From: Candidatus Poribacteria bacterium
GTDB taxonomy: Bacteria > Poribacteria > WGA-4E > WGA-3G
Direction of reading: 5' to 3'
DNA: 64,000 nt
Assembly (NCBI GenBank): GCA_965205025.1
Contig: CBDBFU010000009.1
Coordinates: 160,001 to 224,000 of the forward strand
This document shows, piece by piece, positions 1-8,852 of this stretch. Within the stretch, counting starts at the first letter, position 1. Every line of letters starts with the position of its first letter. The notes under the pieces were generated by a model that was not told the DNA's origin, did not search any database, and worked only from the letters and a program-made list of their open reading frames with translations. The position numbers were made by a program, and so were the translations under genes.

Positions 1-411
1 TCCCCAATAAAAACTCATCACACCAGAGGTTTCCTGTGTTAGACAACCCTCACCGCCGTATGATTTACAAACGATGTTCTGACGACCTGCCGCAACGTTT
101 TCAGGTTTTGCCCAAAATAGAATGGTTACATCGCCGTCGAACTGGAGCGATTCTGCATTTCCCATATCAATATAGTTTGTACCGTCAAACTCAAGGGCAT
201 CACCAAATTTGCCTGCTACCCATTTTGGATTACTGACGAGTTCACCTTCATGATCATTTCCTGAGGCGTCTCTTACTGTATCACCTTTACCCTCATCAAA
301 TTTCCATATACCAATAAAGTCTTCAGGCTCAATCTTTGCTTGACTTGTAGCAACTAATAGACCTGTAAGAAATAGGACAATGACGCCTATTTGTAATATC
401 CTGGTTTTCAT
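1..411 (-). CDS. Secreted LamG/concanavalin-like domain protein, N-terminal part (runs off window edge)
   Basis: Hand-translated: AGGAGG RBS, then MKTRILQIGVIVLFLTGLLVATSQAKIEPEDFIGIWKFDEGKGDTVRDASGNDHEGELVSNPKWVAGKFGDALEFDG...; signal peptide plus typical LamG start W-FDEG..D-SGN..W--GKFG-ALEFDG. Absent from ORF track because it has no stop in the window. Confidence 0.85.
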   Translation of the reverse strand, partial: MKTRILQIGVIVLFLTGLLVATSQAKIEPEDFIGIWKFDEGKGDTVRDASGNDHEGELVSNPKWVAGKFGDALEFDGTNYIDMGNAESLQFDGDVTILFWAKPENVAAGRQNIVCKSYGGEGCLTQETSGVMSFYWG

Positions 412-900
412 CTATGTGTTTTCCTCCTAAGATAGGTTAGATTTTGAATACGCCGGTCCATCAAAAACTGTGGAAACCAAACGCAACAATTTACATATTT
501 TAAACAGTATTATAATCTAATCGGTAATACTTCCTGATTCATTTCAAGAAAATATTTGGTTATGACTTTGAATCTATTAATTAAGTGAGTTAGTCAACAG
601 AAATAGTTAAAGTCAATGGTTAGAGACACATTACTGGTAGGTAATCATTAGAATGGTGAAAAAGATCCACTGTATAGTCGTAAGGGTTATATTCTATATC
701 CCGAATAATTTAGTGGATAGATGAATGTAATACCTATATTCCAGTAATTCTATGAGAGGAACAACATCTTTAGTAATGAATATCACCAATTTTGGTATCA
801 ATGATATCAATACATTTAAATTACTGAATTCAAGGGAAAGTATATCAAAAATGTAAAAAATTGTAAACAAAAAAATTGTCGTTGATAGATTCTGATGTTT

Positions 901-1140
901 TTATGTATTTTTCTTTATTGAATAATGTTCCCATAACTGTTTTGGATTATTAACTGATAGCTCAACGTTTCCACATTCACCACATACAGCTGCTTTCAAT
1001 GCTTCCTTTTTGGTCTTCTGGAATATTGATGCCTGTGTGTTAATTACGAGTATATTAAGTCCAGACCCCATTGCGTCAAGTATCAGCAAATCCTGCATGA
1101 TTTTTTCTGAACCACATCTTGGACATTTCGTGGTTGCCAT
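901..1140 (-). CDS. Small zinc-ribbon hypothetical protein
   Basis: CPRC...CGEC pairs; GGAG RBS upstream; co-oriented directly after the O-methyltransferase. Confidence 0.7.
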   Translation of the reverse strand: MATTKCPRCGSEKIMQDLLILDAMGSGLNILVINTQASIFQKTKKEALKAAVCGECGNVELSVNNPKQLWEHYSIKKNT

Positions 1141-1155
1141 GTTTAGTCTCCAATG

Positions 1156-1833
1156 TTACATTTTCACCGCTACTGAAACACCATCGCGGAGAGGAATAAT
1201 TGTCGTGAATACATCGGGTGAACTATACTGTAATCTTGTCACCTCTTTAACTCCTTCTGTTGTTGCATTAATCCACCGATCTCTATCATTTAGATCATTG
1301 CTATTGTTTTCAGTATTTTGAGTAACGCGTCCACCCCACAACATATTGTCTGTTATAAAGAGTCCACCCTTCCTAAGTCGAGGAATTGCCTTTTGAAATG
1401 CATCTGGATATCCATCTTTGTCTATATCGTTGTATATGATGTCAAACTCACCTTCGGTTTCGTCAATAATTTCTAATGCGTTACCAACTCGATAGTCAAT
1501 TCTATCAGCAATTCCACCCCGTTTAAGATAATCTGCTGCACGGTCAGCGTTATCTTGTGAACCATCAGTGCAGATAATGGATGCTTCAGGTTTTTGTAAT
1601 GCTTTTGCCATCCAATACGCAGAATACCCGAATCCTGACCCCATCTCAAAAATGCGCGTCGGATTTGTTATCAATACCAACTGATGTAAAACGCGTCCGA
1701 CAAGTGGACCGACAATTGGAAACCTATTTTCTCGTGCATGTGCTTCCATTTCTGTCAGCACTTCATCGCGTTCAGGAATAATATCTTGTAGATAATTGTT
1801 GATTGATGGATGTAAGATATTTATTCGTTGCAT
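1156..1833 (-). CDS. SAM-dependent O-methyltransferase (caffeoyl-CoA OMT/YrrM-like)
   Basis: EMGSGFGYS motif I, DIDK..Y, GG-FITDN-LW-G. Confidence 0.9.
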   Translation of the reverse strand: MQRINILHPSINNYLQDIIPERDEVLTEMEAHARENRFPIVGPLVGRVLHQLVLITNPTRIFEMGSGFGYSAYWMAKALQKPEASIICTDGSQDNADRAADYLKRGGIADRIDYRVGNALEIIDETEGEFDIIYNDIDKDGYPDAFQKAIPRLRKGGLFITDNMLWGGRVTQNTENNSNDLNDRDRWINATTEGVKEVTRLQYSSPDVFTTIIPLRDGVSVAVKM

Positions 1834-1902
1834 TAAGTACTCCTATTAATTTAATATCGGTAAATCAATCCAAGTTATAATTGTGAGTTTCGTGTATTAG
1901 TA

Positions 1903-3033
1903 CTACGCATTTCTCCAACTTTCAAGCGGATGCTCTCGTGGTGTTAATGGCATATATACTCGAGTTTTCTGACGATGGGATTCCCAAGTAGCATGGATCA
2001 TCTCCAGACAATCTCTACCATCCCTTCCACTTGCGAATGGATCACGATCTTCCTCAATTGCTTCAATAAGATCCCGTAACATGAGACGTTGTAATAGCAA
2101 ACGTATTGAACCTTTATCTCTCTGATTTCCTTGTTCATCAAGGTCTTCCTCGGGAAGATGTACCTGTTCCCACGCTTCTGCAGGTGTTTTATGTTGTCCT
2201 TTATGGATAAACATTGTTGTGCCGACACTCTCTCTAACAGCAATTCGTCCTTCAGTGCCAATTATATCAATACCGTAAGCGTTGTCGTTTGTTTGGGGTT
2301 GTGCAAGAAATTGTACATCTGCGTGAATACCGTTTTTAAAGCGAAAGGAGGCGTGTCCACGTTCACCAAGAACAAGTCCAGCATCGCGATCGTGAGGGTG
2401 GACTTCTTGTGTGTGTTTTATATCGTCAACGGTAGATTCAGTTCCATCCATCTGAACAAGATGTGCGTGTGTCCAGTCTACATCACCACCGAATAGACGT
2501 AACCAATCATAAAGATGTGTACCCATTTCCATCAACGAGTTTCCTACTTTGCGTCCACCTTTGTCTGTTGCTTTCATCAGAACGACATCTCCGATTTCAC
2601 CATGTTCAATTAGAGATAGGACATGTCGATTATATGGACTGGCACGTTTGATGTGGTTTATAGCAAACTTAACGTTGTTTTTGTCGCATGTTTCAACCAT
2701 TTCGTCGGCTTGAATAAGGTTGAGTGCGATCGGTTTTTCACAGAAAACGTGGACTCCACGTTGAGCTGCTGCAACTGTTGGGGCATGATGTACGGGTGCT
2801 TGTGTTGGTATGATAACGATGTCCGGTTTCTGTTCATCAAGCATCTTCTCATAATCGTCATAGATTGCCTTTACATCGAATCGTTCACCCCATGCTTTTG
2901 CGCGTTCTGGATGTATCTCTGCCCCAGCAACGAGTTCACAGTTTTCTTCTAACTTTGCTGCTTGGGCATGGTGTCCACCCATACCCCCTAAACCAATAAT
3001 TGCCACACGGTATTTTTTCATGGATATCTCCAT
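1903..3033 (-). CDS. Gfo/Idh/MocA family oxidoreductase
   Basis: IIGLGGMG Rossmann motif, CEKP, MGTH-YD. Confidence 0.9.
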   Translation of the reverse strand: MEISMKKYRVAIIGLGGMGGHHAQAAKLEENCELVAGAEIHPERAKAWGERFDVKAIYDDYEKMLDEQKPDIVIIPTQAPVHHAPTVAAAQRGVHVFCEKPIALNLIQADEMVETCDKNNVKFAINHIKRASPYNRHVLSLIEHGEIGDVVLMKATDKGGRKVGNSLMEMGTHLYDWLRLFGGDVDWTHAHLVQMDGTESTVDDIKHTQEVHPHDRDAGLVLGERGHASFRFKNGIHADVQFLAQPQTNDNAYGIDIIGTEGRIAVRESVGTTMFIHKGQHKTPAEAWEQVHLPEEDLDEQGNQRDKGSIRLLLQRLMLRDLIEAIEEDRDPFASGRDGRDCLEMIHATWESHRQKTRVYMPLTPREHPLESWRNA

Positions 3034-3087
3034 TACAGATCGGTCTTTGTTGTGTTTATCATAACAACATTAGGGTGTAGGTGCAAT

Positions 3088-3120
3088 AAAAAAGGCACGG
3101 TTCATGAACCGTGCCTTTTA
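3088..3120 (-). terminator. Intrinsic terminator (near-perfect palindrome, possibly bidirectional)
   Basis: AAAAGGCACGGTTCATGAACCGTGCCTTTT with a T6 run on the minus strand. Confidence 0.75.
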
Positions 3121-3143
3121 AAATCGAGTTTGGGATATAATAG

Positions 3144-3182
3144 TCAGTGATTCTTCACATTTGCCCAAGTGGTTGTTAATTT
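3144..3182 (-). pseudogene. Orphan 3' end of a deleted secreted-protein gene (KLTTTWANVKNH*)
   Basis: 13 codons match the C-terminal motif seen at 21977-22040 (GKATTTWGDVKRQF*); followed by a terminator; in-frame stop 5 codons upstream and no start. Confidence 0.65.
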
Positions 3183-3262
3183 CACAGAAAAGTGTTATGA
3201 TATCCATCAGAGAACTCGGTAGTTTAGAGAGTTTTTAGCAAGTTAGAGAAGGAGACTATACA

Positions 3263-4525
3263 TTGAAAGAACGTTTCACAATAACGACAGCGATAACCTT
3301 CGGAATTGTTGCCCTCTGTGCCATTCTCATCACCGGTTGTGATGAGGGGATGAATATGGCTGGTGGCGTTCTGAGCGGTAGTGGTGAAGTTATTGAGCCG
3401 AAGCCGGAGGATCCGACGGGACCGATAACATCGGTTGGTGAGGTGAAGAAGTCGGATCCCAAGGATTCGAAAGAGCCACCGAAAAAAGAGGAAAAACCGG
3501 AACCTGACCCGGAACCGACACCTGAGCCGATAGGGCAGGTGACCCAAGAGTATTTTAGGGGTGTTGCAATAGCGGATATCCTGCCGCCTTCGGCATGGGT
3601 GCTCGATTTTCCCGGTCCTTATAGAGAATACGCTCCGCCGGAGAGTAACTCTGAGGATTTTGTCGGTCGGGTGTGTATGGAAACGATAGGTGTTGGCGCT
3701 GATGATTGGGCTGCGGCTGACTATATAGCACCGATTTCAGGTGCTATCGTGACCATAACAGATGGTCCGAGAGCAGGGGAACGGGTCGTCACTAATGAGG
3801 GTGGATACTTTCTTTTCAGAGATGTACCAGGGAACGAGCTCTACCTCCGGGTGGAGCGACAGTACCTTGAGCCAAAAGAGGTAATTGCTTTCCGAAACCG
3901 TCCAACAATGCTGCAACAGCTGAGACCGAATGAGGTCTTCAATGCAGCATACCAGGAACGCGAAGGTCTGAGCAATGCCCCGGGTGTCATCCTGATGGGA
4001 TTACGGTGGCCGAATGCCGTTCGTTTTATTTTGGAGACCGAGAAATTACCTTATGGTCTCTTGTATGGAATAGGTGATCGATCACCTGACCCAGTATTGG
4101 CAAGAGGGGGTTTTTACGGAGGTCTTCATATTGCACTCTATCATTCTTCTGAGGATAAAGGCAGGCTTTCTTATAAGACCCTTATGCACGAACTCGCCCA
4201 TGCGCGGCAACACGCAGTCGCTATGTTGCATGGTTATGATCATTGGCGTACCTTAAGTTGGAACAATACCCCTGAGGCCAGGGCCTACAAGGCAGCATGG
4301 GAAAGGGATCTGGAAGAGATCCCGCACAAAGATTGGTTGGGAACGCTTGATAAGAGTGACTATTATGAGTCAAACTTACTTGAGAATGCCGCTGAGTTTT
4401 GTGCTATGTACTGGAAACTGGAAACAGGGATGACAGGGGAAGAGACCCTCAATGGTGGTATACAAAAAAGGGCGCCCAACCGTTTTAAATGGTGCCAGAA
4501 GTATCTCGCCAACCAGTATGATTGA
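3263..4525 (+). CDS. Lipoprotein with Pro/Glu-rich linker, CarboxypepD_reg-like segment and HEXXH zinc-metalloprotease-like motif
   Basis: AGGAG RBS with TTG start; lipobox LITGC; (PEPD/PEPT)n linker; ISGAIVTITDG..VTNEGGYFLF; LMHELAHARQH and downstream ENAAE. Confidence 0.75.
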   Translation: MKERFTITTAITFGIVALCAILITGCDEGMNMAGGVLSGSGEVIEPKPEDPTGPITSVGEVKKSDPKDSKEPPKKEEKPEPDPEPTPEPIGQVTQEYFRGVAIADILPPSAWVLDFPGPYREYAPPESNSEDFVGRVCMETIGVGADDWAAADYIAPISGAIVTITDGPRAGERVVTNEGGYFLFRDVPGNELYLRVERQYLEPKEVIAFRNRPTMLQQLRPNEVFNAAYQEREGLSNAPGVILMGLRWPNAVRFILETEKLPYGLLYGIGDRSPDPVLARGGFYGGLHIALYHSSEDKGRLSYKTLMHELAHARQHAVAMLHGYDHWRTLSWNNTPEARAYKAAWERDLEEIPHKDWLGTLDKSDYYESNLLENAAEFCAMYWKLETGMTGEETLNGGIQKRAPNRFKWCQKYLANQYD

Positions 4526-4544
4526 TTGTGAATTTAACTCATTC

Positions 4545-4582
4545 AAACAAGCAACGAATTTTCGTTGCTTGTTTCTTTTTTA
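4545..4582 (+). terminator. Intrinsic terminator
   Basis: AAACAAGCAACGAA-TT-TTCGTTGCTTGTTT followed by CTTTTTT. Confidence 0.8.
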
Positions 4583-4645
4583 TACCTGTGACAGCACTGT
4601 GCAGAAGTCGGTTTCGTTCTCACAGCAGTGGTATACTATATGTAT

Positions 4646-4924
4646 ATGAGTTTTGATGCTTCGTTTATTGCTCTTGCTGTTGTTCCCGGCGCGGTCGGAG
4701 GGCTGGTGCGCGGGTTGGTGGGTGTTTCTAAACATGTGGTGCGGGATAAAGAGCCGTTTAAGGTGGTGAAGCTGCTGTTTTCCTTGGTGTTGGCGGTGGT
4801 TGTCGGCGGGGTGGCGGGTGTGGTGACTGACGGCGATTGGCGGGTGGCGCTGCTCGCGGGGTTCGCGGGATCGGATTTGCTGGAGTCGTTGTGTAAGTCG
4901 TGGCTGCCAAAGATTTTTACATAG
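4646..4924 (+). CDS. Small GC-rich membrane protein (2-3 TM, GxxxG-rich, holin-like architecture)
   Basis: MSFDASFIALAVVPGAVGGLVRGLVG...ALLAGFAGSDLLE; strong GC3 bias; extended -10 (TGgTATACT, 4629-4637) 8 nt before the ATG. Confidence 0.7.
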   Translation: MSFDASFIALAVVPGAVGGLVRGLVGVSKHVVRDKEPFKVVKLLFSLVLAVVVGGVAGVVTDGDWRVALLAGFAGSDLLESLCKSWLPKIFT

Positions 4925-4955
4925 TGATTCCTTGTTGATTCGGGACAGTGCTTAG

Positions 4956-6003
4956 CTATCGTCGTGTGCTCCTACAGGTGCGCTGACCGTTTGAACCCTT
5001 TACGCAGAATTTGTTCACTTTTGATTTTTTCAGGCAGTGACTATCAGCAGTACATTCGTTACACCATCTGCCCCTGCAATAGGGGGTTGATCCGGAACAG
5101 TCGTTATTAGTCCTGCACGCTGTGCAGTACGCATCCCTACAGTATGGTTTGTCACCTGAGCAGGATTTTGACTTCCGCTTTCTTCCTGTTCCCCCGGATC
5201 CAAATATATTCATGCCTGTTTTGCACGCTTGTTTAACTGCATTGTCCCCACACCATTTTGTTCCCCATTTACACGATTCACAGGAACCACGACCGGAACA
5301 TTCTCCCTGTATATTACAGACGGAACAGTACTCGGAGTCCCCGCAGTCGGTGTGGGAGGCGCAGCCTTTTTCCTTAGTGCACTTAGTACTACCGCAGAAC
5401 CACTTGTAGTGTGTGTCTGAATCTTCCGCGTCAGTGAAGGTTTCTCCTGGGAGACAATCTCCACCGGCGGGGACATTGAGGGTTGGGCAGTTGCCGGCAG
5501 TATCACAGAAAGGGTTGGAAATCTTAGGATTAGCACAGCTTTCATTAGCATCACATATCGTTTCATTTTCCCAGGCCTGTTTACATTTATCACCCTCTAT
5601 CCTACAGTAGCAGTATTTTACAGTATCCCTTTCCTGTCCGTTTTGGGTAACGGTACTACAGTATCTGTTTAAATAATTGGTACAGCCGCATTGATTGGCG
5701 TTGCAAATGACTTTTTCTTCCTCACATTTTCCTTCAGCATTACACTTATAACCACTATCACACTGATCTCCGACTCTGGTCTGTTGTGTGCTGGCGGGGC
5801 ATTGCCTGCCGCCGTTTTTCGGTTTGGGGTTGTCACACTTTGAGTTTTGGGTCTCACCGCAGGGAATTTCAGATTCTGCGGGGGGGGTGACGCCAACCGC
5901 CATCAACAGGGTCTGGGGGTGTCGGGGTGCAGGAGGTAGAATTGTTTACCCAACAGCCGCACGGTTTGCTTGGTGCTGGGTCGAGGTCGTCACAGTCAAC
6001 TTT
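4956..6003 (-). pseudogene. Cys-rich extracellular protein, 5'-truncated, with a frameshift at a G8 run and a TSP1-like motif
   Basis: 40 Cys in the 316-aa ORF. Upstream frame KVDCDDLDPAPSKPCGCWVNNSTSCTPTPPDPVDGGWRH joins it if G8 (5880-5887) is G7. No start codon before the MITE at about 6010. Confidence 0.7.
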
Positions 6004-6009
6004 AAATAA

Positions 6010-6250
6010 ATTATTGTCTCATTAGACGGTTATTATAGTAGTCATTTTCAGGTCACAAACTGAATGAAGATTAAAATAATAATTCGGTAATGTGTTAGAA
6101 ATTCAAATCAACGGTATGAATGCTATTTAGCATTCCCCGTGGTTAGGAAACCGAACCTACCAAGTTTGTGAAAATGGGATTACCGAATTTAAAACTTAAT
6201 CCTCATAAAGTTTGTGGAACAAAAAAGAGACATTATCAATTAGAAATAGT
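6010..6250. mobile_element. Composite MITE (copy of 33544-33772) lacking its left TACCATTT end
   Basis: Near identity to 33558-33773 (attattgtctcattag...cacaaactgaatgaagattaa...ttaatcctcataaagtttgtg...gagacatt...gaaatagta). Confidence 0.8.
6064..6206. mobile_element. Loop-inserted MITE, copy A
   Basis: Imperfect TIR ATGAAGATTAAAATAATAATTCGGTAAT / ATTACCGAATTTAAAACTTAATCCTCAT; flanks CACAAACTGA | AAAGTTTGTG. Confidence 0.8.
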
Positions 6251-6414
6251 ATGAGTTATCAGACACACGTTCCCTGTTACTATGCTCTCAACATTTGTCC
6301 TATTAAGGTTTGCACGTCTAATTTTATCAGATTCTGTCCAATATATTTTACCTTTTCCTTGGGTGTAACCTATACTTTGGAGAACATACGTTAATATGAA
6401 GATCATTCATATAA

Positions 6415-7570
6415 TACCATTTCTAATAAATTATATCACATTTTCGATCTTATTTATATAATCATACTTTGTTATGCTCTCAATAGCGATTTTAGTGTAA
6501 CTTCGTATGATCTCAGTAAGTTTATCCTGCATCTCTTGTAATGAAGTCAGCACATTTTGAAATAACTTTGCTTTGATGTCTTGCCATAGTCTTTCAATAG
6601 GGTTCAACTCTGGACTATAAGGCGGTAGAAAGAGGAATACTATATTCTCAGGAACTTGTAGTGATTTCGCTTGATGAAAACGCCCATTATCAAGGACAAG
6701 GATATTCAGAGTCCCCGGATAAACCTTAGCAAACTCATCAAGAAATATTTGGAAACAGGTACTATTCAGATAAGGCATTTCAAGGAAAAACTTTCTCCTG
6801 TTATCGGTTCCACAGCACCATATAGATAAAGGTTTTCATAGGTATACCTGATATTAGCAATCGGTTTGACACCGGGGACTGTAATACGACGGTATGAAAC
6901 AGGATGAAGACCAAATCTTGACTCATCTTGAAAAAACAGACGAACTTTTTCAGACTCAGGATCGTTCTCCGAAATCGTTTCCTTGACTTTTTTTGGTAAG
7001 TCTAACTTGAAGGTTTCACCGGCTGTTTTCGTTTTTTTTATATGACTCTTGCGGGGCACTTTGGGTTTTGCTTTCCACTTATACCGAACCATCGAATGAA
7101 CAGCAGTATATTTCATTTTGACATCAAATGTTTTTTCAATATAGTCTACTATCTGCTGATAACTGGAAAAAGCATCAGGTTTTTTGAGTTCAGCAAGCAA
7201 GATTTCTTGTTGTTCTTCGGTAAGTTGAGCTGGACGCCCGGGGGAATAATCCCGTGCTAAAAGTGCTTCAAGTCCACCCGATGCGTATGTTTGGAACCAA
7301 TGCCCAACGGTTTTCCTATCAACACCTATTTTCGCAGCGATTTCCTTACGATTTAGCCTTTTCTCACTACAAAATAGGTATAGGGCTTTCAGTCTTTTCT
7401 TTTGGTAACTGATTGATGTTTTTTTCATCATTTTTTTCAAGTCAGAAACACTTTCTGTAATCTGTGAGGGTTTTAACATAATTAATATTCATCCTATCAA
7501 CTATAAATTTGTAATAAAATATAACAGAAAAGAAAAATTTTAAAAGCGAAAATATTAACTGAAAATGGTA
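6415..7570 (-). mobile_element. IS630-family insertion sequence
   Basis: Ends TACCATTT (6415) / AAATGGTA (7570); encloses the transposase ORFs. Confidence 0.85.
6431..7479 (-). CDS. IS630 transposase (HTH plus DDE), split by a 1-nt indel near 6786-6790
   Basis: HTH N-terminus, FQDESRFG, LVLDNGRFH, LPPYSPELNPIERLW; restoring one T gives ESFFLEMPYLN. Confidence 0.9.
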
Positions 7571-7842
7571 TTAGTTGAATTTTCTGTTCATCTTAGGAAA
7601 AATATATCAATAGGTGTTTAGTAATCATTCAAACTATAAATACATATTCCTATAATATATAAATGACCTGATATTTGCAAGAAGTTTCTACTACTTGGTG
7701 TGTAAAGTTAATTGAGATTAAACTCCATCTAATACCAAGAGATATCGTGGATCGGAATCCCTCCTACTGAAGAGAAATATCCGGATTGGAAACTCTATGT
7801 CAAATACTTCTTATTCTGAATTCACGTTAACTCAGGTTTAAT

Positions 7843-8691
7843 TTACTTTCCGGCTTCGGATAATAATCTGTTGAGTGTGCTTCCTAAGATTTCTTCTTTA
7901 TCTGCTTCTGGGATGAAAGTGCAGTGTGTGCGGAAGGCTTCAAGAGAGTGTTGGTAGGTCATAAAATTACGGACAACTGGATAGTCTGACCCCCAACAGA
8001 GACGTCCAGGACCGAAATGTTCATATAACGCCCGTACAATCCAGTGTGTATCAGAGAACGGATAATCCCAAGACACTTGAGAAACATAGGCAAATCCTGA
8101 CATTTTAATGTGGATATTTGGTATTTCTGCTGAAGTTAATACTTCTTTGAGTTTGGGATATGGATGTTCTTCTCCTGCCTTTGCACCTGCCATGTGGTGA
8201 AATAAGAAGGGTATTGAAGGGAATTGTAATGCGAGTTTCCGTAGTGGCGCATGATGCTGTGTCCCCAAGGCTATACTTGCAATCAATCCTAATTCAGCGG
8301 TCGTTTCAAAGAAACGTTGCCCCTCTTCAGAGAAAAACCATTCCCCGTTATCTTCACCTCTAAGATAATGAGTATATCCTTTAAGTTTATATTTCTCCGC
8401 TGCAGATTTGAGTCGGTCTGCAGCACCATCTGTATGATATGTATCCGTCCATGAACAATCAACATCTGCGAACTGAATGAGACGATCAGGATAGGTGGTA
8501 ACACACTTGGCAGCATAATCATTATTATCAGGATTCCGCTCTATACGCGCACATATCAAAACAGCCTTATCCACATTGTTTTTATCCATTTCATGTAAGA
8601 GTTGCTCAACCATTCCTCTACTATTATCATCTGGCACAGGTGGTTGGTAGGGCCAACGTGGCCATGCATGTGTGTGTGAATCAATTATCAT
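7843..8691 (-). CDS. Amidohydrolase_2 family protein
   Basis: IIDSHTH, HHMAG, HIKMSG, FG..RL-WGSDYP. Confidence 0.9.
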   Translation of the reverse strand: MIIDSHTHAWPRWPYQPPVPDDNSRGMVEQLLHEMDKNNVDKAVLICARIERNPDNNDYAAKCVTTYPDRLIQFADVDCSWTDTYHTDGAADRLKSAAEKYKLKGYTHYLRGEDNGEWFFSEEGQRFFETTAELGLIASIALGTQHHAPLRKLALQFPSIPFLFHHMAGAKAGEEHPYPKLKEVLTSAEIPNIHIKMSGFAYVSQVSWDYPFSDTHWIVRALYEHFGPGRLCWGSDYPVVRNFMTYQHSLEAFRTHCTFIPEADKEEILGSTLNRLLSEAGK

Positions 8692-8733
8692 AATAAAAAC
8701 CTATAATCCTATTTGTTTGTATTCTGTGAATTA

Positions 8734-8848
8734 TACCATTCCTTAATAATGATCGCCCATTATTAACTTAAAGAAACCCCCTAAATCCCCCTTATCAGGG
8801 GGACTACTAAGAGTATTCATAATGTGAACTATTTTAATAGAAATGGTA
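8734..8848. mobile_element. MITE with IS630-like ends carrying an empty CCCCCT-TATC-AGGGGG hairpin
   Basis: TTA-TACCATT...AATGGTA-TTA; homologous to 44727-44945 and 47095-47140. Confidence 0.8.
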
Positions 8849-8852
8849 TTAG

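Noticed and set aside
7032-7039. Programmed -1 frameshift at the A8 run of IS630
   Set aside because: As given, the frame reads through into the DDE domain; the actual break is at about 6786-6790, not a typical recoding position
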